Shown: in pieces, positions 39,190-50,554 of the stretch
Numbering within the stretch: the first letter of the stretch is position 1
How the letters are laid out: the number at the start of each line of letters is the position of its first letter
DNA from: Rhynchobatus australiae
Taxonomy: Eukaryota
Direction of reading: 5' to 3'
DNA length: 64,000 nt
Assembly (NCBI GenBank): GCA_034780895.1
Contig: JAUZTB010000064.1
Location: 112,154,040 to 112,218,039, forward strand
Program-made: the position numbers and the translations under genes
The notes under the pieces: model-generated
Told to the model about the DNA's origin: nothing
The model's input: only the letters and a program-made list of their open reading frames with translations
Database searches by the model: none

Positions 39190-40040
39190 GGTTATAGGAG
39201 GATATAGATCAGTTGGAAAGTTGGGCAGCCTGTTTGCAGATGGAATTTAATCCCAACATGTGCTATGTGATGTATTTTGGGAAGTCAATTAAGGTTAGGA
39301 CATGTACAGTAAATGGTAGAGCACTAAGGAATGTTTATGAATAGGGAGACCTAGAGGTCCAAGTGCATAGTTCTCTCAAAACAGCAACATAAATGGATAC
39401 AGTGGTGAAGAAGGCAGGTGGCATGCTTTCCTTCATGGGTTGGGGCATAGAATATAAGAGCTGGGACGTTGCAAAATTTCACAAGACTGATTAGGCCACA
39501 CTTGGAGTATTGTGCAGTTCCGGTCACCACACTATTGGAAGGATGTGATTGTGCTGGAGAGAGTGCAGAGGAGATTCACCAGGATGTTGCCTGGATTGGA
39601 GAACTTTAGTCATTGGAGATTGGATAGGCTGGGCTTGTTTTCTCTGGAGTGAAGGAAGGAGGATAAGAGGTGACCTGATAGAAATATATAAGTTATGACA
39701 GGAATAAATAGGGTAGACAGTCACAATCTTTTTCCCATGGTCAGGCCATCAAAAACAAGAGGGCATAGTTTTAATATATGAGCTAGGAGGTTGAAAGGAG
39801 ATATTAGGGGTAAGTTTTTTTTACACAGAGAGTGGTTGATATCAGGAATGCGCTGTTAGAGGAGGTGGTGGAATAAGATATAATTACTATGTTTGAGAAG
39901 CACTTAGACACTTAATTAGGCAAGGCATTGAAGGATAGGGACCTCATGCGGGTAAGTGGGAGTAGCGTCGATGGGGATAAAGGTTGACATGGACGTGGTG
40001 GGTTGAAGTGCCCATTTCTGTACTGTACAGCTCTATGACT
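39190..40040 (+). mobile_element. CR1 LINE 3' fragment
   Basis: aggccacacttggagtattgtgcagttccggtcacc...gagagagtgcagaggagattcaccaggatg...tttacacagagagtggt; tail tgtactgtacagctctatgact. Confidence 0.88.
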
Positions 40041-40514
40041 TTGTGTCCTTATCTGTCATTTACTTGATGAATAGACGTTTGCCAAGTAGGCGGCTCAGCA
40101 ACAAAATTAGTTTTCTCCATTTTTCTTTCACGTTAATGTCTTTCCCTATGCCTTCTATCCACCTTATGTTCTCTTTTAATTTGTGGCATTTGTTTTCTTT
40201 GGTACTGTTTATTTGAATCCTCTGAAAATGTAGAGGTTCAGGATTGGTTTGGGAGTTTTAAATATAGAAAATTCTCCCTCAAATGTCACCAGCTTATGTT
40301 TCACTGATATTCTACACAGAAACTCTTTAACTGGGTTCTAGGAATCACCAAAGAGATGACTGTTCTATTGGCAGCCTTCCTGCTTTGGGATGTTCATACT
40401 TTCTTTTCAATACCTCAACATTTAAACCATTGGAATGAGTCCAAATGAGGACTTTGAGTTCAGCTGCCATCTAAAATAAAAGCATAGCTTCATTTGGAAT
40501 TCACACATTCAGAA

Positions 40515-41020
40515 ATCACAAGATCACAGGACAAAGGAGCAGAAGTCTGCTCCATGAGCTAAACCAATACTATTCCTATCTAGCCCCAATTTCCGACCTT
40601 ATCCTCATATCCCTTGATACCTTGGTTAATTAGATATCAATCAATCTCCTCCTTAAATGTCTCCAATGATCGGGCCTCCGCAGCTGTATGTGGCAAAGAA
40701 TTCCATANNNNNNNNNNNNNNNNNNNNNNNNNNNNNNNNNNNNNNNNNNNNNNNNNNNNNNNNNNNNNNNNNNNNNNNNNNNNNNNNNNNNNNNNNNNNN
40801 NNNNNNNTTCATCCTGCTCCAAGATCTATCTAACCCTTCCCTCCCACATACCCCCCTATTTTTCTATCATTCATGTGTCTATCTAAGAGTCTCTTAAACG
40901 TCCCTAATGTATCTGCCCCCACAAACTCTGCAGGCAGTGTGTTCTACGCACCCACCGCTCTCTGTGTAAAAAACTTACCCCTGACATCCCCCTTATACCT
41001 TCCTCCAATCACCTTAAAAT
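40515..41020 (-). mobile_element. Two CR1 3' fragments separated by a gap
   Basis: WNSLPHTAAEARSLETFKEEID; cccaccgctctctgtgtaaaaaacttacccctgacatcccc. Confidence 0.8.
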
Positions 41021-41179
41021 TACGTTAAAATTAAGAAGATGAATGAAAGCAGAGGAGAGTGAAAAACAGTAACAAAAACAACATGGAGATGCAGAACACA
41101 GCAGTTACTTGAAATCTAAAATAAAAGTGAATACTGAAGTACCCATACAGTCAGGCACATGTGCCTAACTGTAATGTGC

Positions 41180-41760
41180 CTAATCAGAAGATAAGATACT
41201 GTTCCTTGAGTTTACATTGAGATTTGCTGGAATAGCGTAAGAGGCAAGGACAAGTGCCTTGAGAAAGGAAATGGCTGTTGCTGGAGATGGAAGAATAGAT
41301 GCAAATCACGTAGGAAACAGTCCCATTTGAGAGCTGAAAGGGAGGGAAAGATGTGTCAATTGGTGGTATCTCATATAAAGCAGCATCAGTTACAGAGGAT
41401 AATCCATCAAGTATGGGTAGTGTAGAAGGGGAGTCCTGTGCTTTCCTATCTTGCTCTAGAATCCTGCCCTTTCTCTGGGTGAGAGGAGAGTGGTTGAAAG
41501 CAGAAGTACACAAAGTGCAACAGACACAGTTAAGAAGACTATTGACTATGGTGCAGGGACAGCCACAGTTAAGGAGAAACAAAGACATCTCAGAAATGCT
41601 GACGAAGAAAGTGTCATCTTCAGAACAGATATAAAAGAAGCAGACAATCTGGGAAGATAGAATGGAGTGATTACAGGAAGATGGATGGTGTAGGCAAGAT
41701 AGCTTTGGGGTACTGTGGCTTACAGTACAGATTAATTTCTTACTTATCTCTTATGCAGCT
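41180..41760 (-). mobile_element. Penelope-like element coding remnant (GIY-YIG end)
   Basis: ORF 41184-41588 ends KSQCKLKEQYLIF, like the KLEEQHLIF C-terminus of fish and shark Penelope proteins. Confidence 0.55.
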
Positions 41761-42174
41761 TCTATTAAATTAAAGTAAAATATGTTGGCCATTCACTATC
41801 TTCTGCTCATATTAATGCAAACAATCTACAGACTGTGTGTTATGCCTCCCAGTTGTAATAAATTAGCTACAATGGAGTTCAAGCATAAGGACTTGGACCA
41901 CATACAAGGATCTTTTTCTACATACTGCTCATTTCAGTGTTGGGAGAGTGTGGCATGGGGGTATTTTATTTCCATCTATCAAGACTTATGATCACTGCTA
42001 CGAACTGCTGTCCCTCCATATGTGGCCAGCTTCATATTCCCTAAAACCTAGTCCGGAATTGCCATTTCCACTCCCTCCAACTTCTCAATCTTGTTGGGCT
42101 CCCCACATACTGGCTAAAAAAAGCTACCCTGAATGAAAATGAATAATTTAATGTCCTCTTAGAGTTTTACATAG

Positions 42175-42400
42175 ACGCACAGTGTGGAAACAGGTCTTTC
42201 AGCCCACTGAGTGTTTGGCGATCATTAAACACCCATTTCCTATTCATACTCCCCACATTCCCTTCAACTTTCCCCAGATTCTACCACTCACATCCACGCT
42301 AGGGGTTATTTACAGTGGACAATTAACCTACCAAACTGCACGTCATTGGGATGTGTGAGGAAACTGGAGCACTTGGAGGAAACACATGGAATATTGCAAA
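42175..42400 (-). mobile_element. HE1-like V-SINE
   Basis: attaacctaccaaactgcacgtcattgggatgtgtgaggaaactggagcacttggaggaaacacatgg is the reverse V-domain; CR1-type tail ggaaacaggtctttcagcccac. Confidence 0.8.
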
Positions 42401-42411
42401 CTTCATACAGC

Positions 42412-42499
42412 CAATGCAATCAAAGACCCCACCCACCCCAGACATTCTCTCTTCTCCCCCTTCCCATCGGGCAGAAGGTGCAAAAACCTAAAAGCAAGT
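42412..42499 (+). mobile_element. Rex1/Babar-like fragment
   Basis: IKDPTHPRHSLFSPFPSGRRCKNLKA, same motif as 56464-56754. Confidence 0.75.
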
Positions 42500-42712
42500 N
42501 NNNNNNNNNNNNNNNNNNNNNNNNNNNNNNNNNNNNNNNNNNNNNNNNNNNNNNNNNNNNNNNNNNNNNNNNNNNNNNNNNNNNNNNNNNCTGGCAGTCA
42601 AATGGTTAATTACCTCAATGTTTTATTTAATTTATTTAGCCAGTTCAGATTTTAGAAAAGTAAAATAAAATATGCCTGTTTAGATATATATTTAAGAATT
42701 CATAGGTCTTAC

Positions 42713-43490
42713 CTTAAATTCTTTTTCAATATTTGCCAACTTGGCTAATTCATTACTAAGCTCCAGTGCAGTATGTACTGGATCCTCACTAGACAACGAC
42801 AAATAGGCAGGGCTTGCTAATCCTTTGTATGCATTGATCCTGGATCTGGAGTGGCTAAAGGAATCATGCTTTTGCTTCTCCACACATTCATTACATTTAC
42901 AGAAATAGTCATGGGGTTTCTCAATCCGTGCTCCCTTCATCAGCAACATGTGCACCACCTCATATTTCTGGCAGTGAGCTGCCAATATGATTGGGGTGAT
43001 GTCTGGAGAAAATCTGGTGCCGTCTTCATCATAGGCATAAAAATCATCATCCTGCAATTCTTGTTCACATGGGCTAAGGGTCAGACGGTTACTGGGCTCA
43101 AATCCAGAGTGATTCAAAATTGCTTCCACAATTCGTATGTAACCCTTACTGATAGCAAGTAATAATGCATCTCCAATTCGAGCCAGGTTATCCCTCTTCA
43201 GAAGAAGCTCCGTTACTTCCAAATGTTCATTTCCAACTGCTAGTTGGAGGGCATTTTGGCCCATGTAATCAACACAATTAACATTCAGTGACTTGTTCTC
43301 CTCCAGCATTCTCCGGACAACAGGGATGTGCCCATATTCGGCTGCATCCAAAAAACGTTCCTCTTCTGGGGTTAAACTTGTTCCCCTATCATTGAACATG
43401 AATGCTGGGCCCCGCACAGCCTGTCTCCTTCCTTTCTCTCTGAGCACAGTCATTCTCCGCTGCATTACCGATGGGTTACTGACACTTTGC
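42713..43490 (-). CDS. TRPC3: TRPC3 coding exon (equivalent to human exon 2): N-terminus, ankyrin repeats, Zn-binding H-x3-C-x-C-x2-C motif, linker
   Basis: Translates to [53 protein letters not shown]...[11 protein letters not shown]...[13 protein letters not shown], nearly identical to vertebrate TRPC3. Acceptor tttcctag|GCAAAG (AG at 43491-43492), donor TTTAAG|gtaaga; 778 nt. Confidence 0.96.
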
Positions 43491-44689
43491 CTAGGAAAGG
43501 GAAAGAACAATAAACTAAGGTAGTATGCGAAGCATTTCTGCAATCAATGCCGCTAAATTCAGAACTGCATTTTTAAAATGAGATCATTTACATAACATTT
43601 AACTTCTCCCGAAGCCAACCTAATGCAACTTTAATTTGAATTCTTGTGGTTACTTTGGTTTGCTTAAGCAATTACTCAAAGAAGTGAAACTGAGTGAAAT
43701 TGAATAGAGCTGGGAGATGTGCTGGATCACGGGCACACAGAGTTCAGTTTACAGTAATTCCAGATATGAGCCAGCACTGTCACTGGCCTTAGTGCTTAAC
43801 CATGGGTTGTTAACTTGTTGAAGCTAGCTGGCAATAAATAAAACCATTCTTCTTAAAAGGTGGTAGTTTCTGACTGCAAGCAGAGGTATAAAACATTATT
43901 ATGGTCTAAGCTGGACATGATGACAAAATGCAGGTAAGACTGGGCACCCTGATTTTCCAAAGTGACTCTACGGTGAGGAGAGAGGCTTTCTCCTCATGAA
44001 GGCTAGGAAGTCCTCTAGACACAAAGTCAACTGGCAGTGGACAATATGAGGAATCACACACTGAAGAATATGGAATTAGTATTGCAAGAAGTCTTAAAGA
44101 TTCACACACAAAGTCAAAGTCTGTGAAAAAATTACTCAGTCCCACCTCCCAACAACATTTGCTCAAAACTGCCATCACCCTCACATCCATGTTTCAGAGT
44201 TTCTATCACTTCAGTGATTCGACAACAAGGTCAAGCACATCACCCAATGTGACTGATACTCATTAATGTACTTCCTTTCCTCTTGCAGAACAAGATAGTA
44301 CAGGGATGAAGATGGGCTTACTTATTACTATCCCAGTTGGATAAATTGTTTACGGATGACCCAGCCATAAAAAGATTACATATACATCGAAACACACAGT
44401 GAAATGCATCTTCTTACATAGAGTGTTCTGGGGGCAGCCCGCAAGTGTCACCATGCTTCTGGTGCCNNNNNNNNNNNNNNNNNNNNNNNNNNNNNNNNNN
44501 NNNNNNNNNNNNNNNNNNNNNNNNNNNNNNNNNNNNNNNNNNNNNNNNNNNNNNNNNNNNNNNNNNCTGGGGGCAGCCCGCAAGTGTCACCATGCTTCTG
44601 GTGCCAACATCTAGACCACCTCCACCTTTCCGCCACCAAATCCTCCTTCTCCTTCTTGTGCTTGGCACAAGGAAGAATCCCTCATAAAG

Positions 44690-45620
44690 GCCAGGTAATG
44701 CAGCCTTTGGTGGACAAGAACTGAGTACTGCAGTGCAACCATTGCTTGTGCATGTCAATGGTCTGCTCCGCCACATTAACCATGGTAGGATTGCCTTTGC
44801 TTTCCTATGTTACCCATGGGCTATGCACAGAGCCAAGAATCATCAATGAATAATCCTTGATGCACAATTGTGGTGGCACAAATCCAGGTGTCATAGTGGA
44901 ATGCATTCGAATGAGGTCGTCACTACTATTGGTAGGATGCCAGGTGTTGACCTGCGAGATGTGTTGCGTGTGGTCACATACCAGTTGGATCTTGAGGGAA
45001 TAGAACCCATCCAGGTAGCAGTCTATCTCTGGATCAGCATGTGATCCCTTTGAGGCAAGGTCAGTGGTGCACTGCATCCTCACAAAGCTGTGTGCTCACT
45101 CTTCCTGATTCTGTCGGGTATGACAAGATGAAATGGACTGAGCTCTTTTTGTAAAGAAAGTGTAGGTACCTCCATATCTCTGGATCACACTAGAATAGCC
45201 ATGGATTCTCAGTTAATTTACAGATGTTTGTGGCTCTGAACACTTGATGATGAATTAGCAAGTGGGAAAGAATTNNNNNNNNNNNNNNNNNNNNNNNNTG
45301 GGAGAAGTTGTTTTGGGTGTGTGGGTCTGACCTCAAGCAATTGTGAAAGTTGCCTGATTTTCCTCTCATGGAAGGATTCAGCTTCAACACTAATGGGGAT
45401 GTGCCACTCCTAGGGGCGGGGAACCCACCAGGATGAAATACTGGAACCTTTCTGCAAATGCACCCTTGTCCAGACACCTAACCAAAGCCCCACCACAATC
45501 CTGAGGGTTGTGCATGCAGACCTGGTAGTGCATCTATGCATGTGCCTGTCTGGAAGATGTGGCTGAAGGATTTTGGGGTTAGCGACATGTAGAAGTTCCC
45601 AAATGTGCTTACAATGGATA
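44690..45620 (-). mobile_element. PIF/Harbinger transposase remnant
   Basis: DGFYSLKIQLVCDHTQHISQVNTWHPTNSSDDLI matches the Harbinger KGFHSLNVQLVCDH...PGSSHD catalytic-core segment. Confidence 0.7.
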
Positions 45621-46230
45621 TCAAACCATAAAATTTTACACTCACTCATTCAGTTCACATGCCTTGAAATTCAGACATAGGGGTTGTCCACTATCTGATT
45701 TGCACCAGATAACCTTCTGATAGGAGGTACCACTGAGGTAGCAAGTTGAAGTAATTGACAGGAAATTTGCCAGTGATGCAATGGCATTGATTAGGTCAAG
45801 ACGTCATGTGGAAAATGGGAGCTGGGGAGGGAATGATCAGTGGGGTCAGAATGTTGAGTAGCTGGTTTGCTGGTAGCAATTGCCCTTCCTGACACCCCAT
45901 TTAGTCACCCCACTTCTTACATTGTTGAATTTCGTTTTATTTCTTCCAGCCTGTTGGGCTGCATTTTGATTTGGTTTTCCTGAGTAGAGTGGGGCATGCA
46001 GTCTTGGAGTGGGCCATTGGACTTAATATATGGAATGGGTCTGGACTGTGTTTAAGTGTGTGGTGATATCAATTATTTGGGAGCAGCTATTTTCTGCTGA
46101 TTATATTAATGGCTTGGTACCTCATTTAGTACCTGCAAATTGTATGCCGTACTGCTAAAGGCCAAGATCTTTAGAGTATTTTGTTTCTCAGGGACATTTA
46201 TTTTATATTGGGTTTCTCCTTTTCCTATCT

Positions 46231-46368
46231 ACAGTCCTGTAGAAAGATCCTGACCTGAAACGTTGACCGCCTGCTTTTCTCCACGGATGCTGCCTGGCCT
46301 GCTGAGTTCCTCCAGTGTCATAGTGTTTCTCATCTAGATTCCAGCATCTGCAGTCCTTTGTTTCTCAA
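46231..46368 (+). repeat. Penelope-derived cassette with hammerhead-like core
   Basis: cagtcCTGTAGAaagatcctgacctGAAAcGTTgaccg followed by ggatgctgcctggcctgctgagttcctccag...ttccagcatctgcagtc. Confidence 0.75.
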
Positions 46369-48539
46369 GTTTTTCACTCTACCTCAGTACAAGTGACAAT
46401 AATAAATCAATTCCAATAAATGAGTGTAGCGTGCATTTCTATCTTACCAAATATATACCACATTTTGAGAGAGATGACAGCTGCTTGAAATGATGATGGT
46501 GGTGATCGGGCAAGTGGAAGAGGATGAAGAGAAAGACATCACTGAATGTGGGGCAATCAGGGCATATCTTATAGCCCTGGGGTTCATAGGAGCACCTCAC
46601 TTCACTAGCTTAGATCTAAAACAGCAGGAGCCCTTCAATGTCCACACATAATAAGGCCTTGCCACTATTCACTCATGAATAATAGGTGGTGAGTTCCCAT
46701 GCTATTGACAATGATCAACTCTATCAATAGGAAATCTCACCATTTTCCCTTGAAATTCAATGGCATTACCATGGTCCATTCCTACACTACCAACATCCTG
46801 GACATTATGATTAACCAGTGAGTGATCTGGCCCTAGATTAAGTATGGGTTCCATTCCTGAGAACTGTACCTAAATTGAATTTTCCATAAGTCAGAAATTT
46901 GCAATTTCCCCCAAAATTGTAATGTGAAATCTTTAGCCTCGACAGCCCCTGGGGACTGATGTGTAACGAGTAGACTGGGCTCTCTGTCACATTACATTCC
47001 TGTTTAAAAACAACCCTTTTATCAATGTCTTCTTTTGTGAAGGGCTTTACTGCTGATGATTGCAAGTGGTAAAGCAATAAATGTGATTTTAATCATGATG
47101 AATAGAATTGCAGTAATGCCATACTGTCTATATATAATTATATTGTCCATCCTTGTTCTTTCTTGAAATAGACTAGGATTTCTGCTGCAATCATCACATG
47201 TCAGCTGCTGGAATTTGCTCAATGGGAAAGTTCACACTAAGTTTTAAATAACTGAACTCTGATTCTTTCATTTCNNNNNNNNNNNNNNNNNNNNNNNNNN
47301 NNNNNNNNNNNNNNNNNNNNNNNNNNNNNNNNNNNNNNNNNNNNNNNNNNNNNNNNNNNNNNNNNNNNNNNNNNNNNNNNNNNNNNNNNNNNNNNNNNNN
47401 NNNNNNNNNNNNNNNNNNNNNNNNNNNNNNNNNNNNNNNNNNNNNNNNNNNNNNNNNNNNNNNNNNNNNNNNNNNNNNNNNNNNNNNNNNNNNNNNNNNN
47501 NNNNNNNNNNNNNNNNNNNNNNNNNNNNNNNNNNNNNNNNNNNNNNNNNNNNNNNNNNNNNNNNNNNNNNNNNNNNNNNNNNNNNNNNNNNNNNNNNNNN
47601 NNNNNNNNNNNNNNNNNNNNNNNNNNNNNNNNNNNNNNNNNNNNNNNNNNNNNNNNNNNNNNNNNNNNNNNNNNNNNNNNNNNNNNNNNNNNNNNNNNNN
47701 NNNNNNNNNNNNNNNNNNNNNNNNNNNNNNNNNNNNNNNNNNNNNNNNNNNNNNNNNNNNNNNNNNNNNNNNNNNNNNNNNNNNNNNNNNNNNNNNNNNN
47801 NNNNNNNNNNNNNNNNNNNNNNNNNNNNNNNNNNNNNNNNNNNNNNNNNNNNNNNNNNNNNNNNNNNNNNNNNNNNNNNNNNNNNNNNNNNNNNNNNNNN
47901 NNNNNNNNNNNNNNNNNNNNNNNNNNNNNNNNNNNNNNNNNNNNNNNNNNNNNNNNNNNNNNNNNNNNNNNNNNNNNNNNNNNNNNNTTTGTGTTGGGAT
48001 TCCTCTTCTGATCTCTGAGGCAAGATTCCTTCCAGTTACTGCCTGTGTTTGTCCTGAGGAAGTACCCTGACTCCAGTCTCGTATCGGTGTGCTGCTTTTG
48101 GGTTCTCTGTGAGTTTGCTCAACATTGTGACAAGCAGAAATAATTTTAATTAATACATATGGCCCATAACTAAATATCATGAACTCAATGGTAACAGTCC
48201 CTAGGTTGCCTTTTAGTACATTCTGTCTACTTGCTGTCTTGCATGATCTTCTTTCTTTTCTAGTTGCTAAACTGTGCTTCTCCACTTCTCTACCTTTTTG
48301 ACCTTTGTTATGAACCCACTGTTTTGCTTTTATGAGGTGAGTAGCTTGGGCTCTGCCTCCCCCTGAACACTCCATCTACAGCTGGGGTCACAACTCATTG
48401 AGATGATCCATAATCCATTGGTAGCGTGGGGCTTCATCTTCCATTGCCCAGGTTGAGGATGAAATTACTAAGGCTCAATTTCACTTATTGATTCTTCTAA
48501 GTGTTCTACATACTGTTTATTCTCAATCTGAAGATCATA

Positions 48540-48668
48540 AAACAAACTTGTTTTCTCTCTTTCTCAGTTCTGATGGAGGGTCTGGACCTGAAACACTGAT
48601 TGTTTCTCTTTCCGCAAAAGCTGCCTGACCTGATGAATGCTCCCAGCTTTTTTCTGTTTTTATTCTCA
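48540..48668 (+). repeat. Penelope-derived cassette with hammerhead-like core
   Basis: cagttCTGATGGagggtctggacctGAAAcACTgattg...gctgcctgacctgatgaatgctcccagc. Confidence 0.7.
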
Positions 48669-50554
48669 GTCTGAAATTCTCTGAGCAACACCCTGTGACT
48701 CAAATAATGGGAGCCACCGTCCATGTTCTCTTCTATCTTCCTTCCTTTTCTTATTATTTGGTTCTTGTTTCAACCAGTCTTTGTCATCAACTTCTTTTGC
48801 AACCTGGCTTCAGAACATAACTCCTTTCTGGTCCTGAGTCCCCCTTTCTATAGCCTGTCCTGCCACCATTCCTGGAATCCATGTTGATTTTAGACTGATC
48901 TCTCCCATGACTTGTGGTTTTCCATGAAGTTGCCTTCTTTTTCCAGCTGCTGCTGTTCATATTCTTATCCAAACCTTCCTTTGGCTTTAGCCCTCTATAT
49001 TGTGTCTTCATCATTGCATCCACATTGGGAATCCTGCTCCCATTCAAGGTTTATTCTGTGTCTTGGGGGCTTTCATTGTGTCTTCTACCTGTGCTGCTCA
49101 AGTTCCCATTTACACATCCCTGCATCAGCAAGTTCCCCATTTTGTGTCTCCACCAGCTGAACCTTAATTAACAATGCTCCATTGTAACTGCTTTCGAAGG
49201 CTATACCTGTGTCAGAACTTGCTATTTCACTACAGTTGTCATATAAAAAGTTTTTTTATATTTTTTAAAGGTTATGCTAAAAAGTTCTGCTTAAACTGTT
49301 GCACCATCCTGATAGAATTTCTACACTAAGCTTTAAATTTTAAGTGTCCATTAGCAATGTTCAGTTAATAAAAAGATTTCCAGTTAGACAGTATCTTAAC
49401 TGATAAGACATGACAAAATTGCTTCTGGTAATTCTAGCCTTGATAAAGGACCCGTGATTGATACAATTGCACAATAGCACGAATCCTGGAAAACTGTAAG
49501 AAAAAGAGAAAATGCTAGAACTACTCAGCAGGTCAGGCTTTACAGACAGAAACAGAGTCAATGTTACATCTCCATGACTTCCACTGAATTGGTTATTGAC
49601 TAGAGAATCACCCCACAGTTGAATGTAGGTTTTAGAAGTATTTACCATAAATCACCATGTTGATTAAAATTACTGCTATTATGTGGATTATGGATTTGTG
49701 GAAACCATCCAGTTAGAAACCCAGACAAGCTCCACTTAGTGGTAATTTCCAAGCCACTCTTGGTGGTTTATTCTATAACAATGGTTTGTTAGTGACTAGG
49801 AGGAGGTTTGTGGGCTTTTTCCTGTTCGAGATGTGACATGAACATTACCTTCAATTTGACAGTCCAAGACTGGAATTTATTAAATCCAACTTCAGGCTGC
49901 ACAGCTAAATTACAGTGGAGGTACAAAGGAAAATAAATTATATTATCAACAACTATATCCAGTCTTGAGTGTCCCTGCATTGTAGAGAAGGCTGTTGACA
50001 ATAACCAAAAATAGTTAGGACCAGGGTGCATACCTCAGTAACTCCTTTAGTCTCATAGACAGCAGGGGGTTTCAAACATAGCCAAATTTTCAATCACTTT
50101 TTATAATTTTGCTAACCAGACTTCTCCTTTTGAAAGAACGTGTCAGATATCAATTAAAAGTGCAACAAAATAATTAATACTCTTCCACAATCCAACTAAC
50201 AGAGACAGATTGACTGAATTTTGGCTTTGAAAAGCTCATTGAAATACTTCAGTGAATAGTGAAAAGGTTATTGGCAAATTAGTGTCACAAAATCCGTGCT
50301 TGGCATTGTTATAGATTTTTCCTCCAACAAGACCTTTTTGTTTCTTTATTTAAGTTGCTAGGTTAATGGAAGTACTAATGTTTCAGTTTGAACCATATCA
50401 TGAAGTTCTTCTCTAAGTATCTGAACTTTTGATGTACATTTTCTTGTTTTGATAAGCTCATACCCAATCATCCCCAATCATCACTGTGTATTCAAGTACT
50501 GTCATCCCCTAAATAAAGAAGCCTCTCGTTTGACAATGACTGCTCAGTCTTGTT

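Noticed and set aside
42692-43543. Assignment to TRPC6 or TRPC7, or use of the full 283-aa ORF as the CDS
   Set aside because: [32 protein letters not shown] and HCQKYEVVH are TRPC3-type; the ORF ends extend into intron beyond the splice sites.
44427-44606. ~40-bp direct repeat ctgggggcagcccgcaagtgtcaccatgcttctggtgcc, superficially CRISPR-like
   Set aside because: Only two copies, flanking a 100-N gap in a eukaryotic genome; contig overlap.
47194-48375. Longest ORF in the track (393 aa)
   Set aside because: Mostly an N gap; the readable part has no recognisable motif. The same applies to the other X-filled ORFs.
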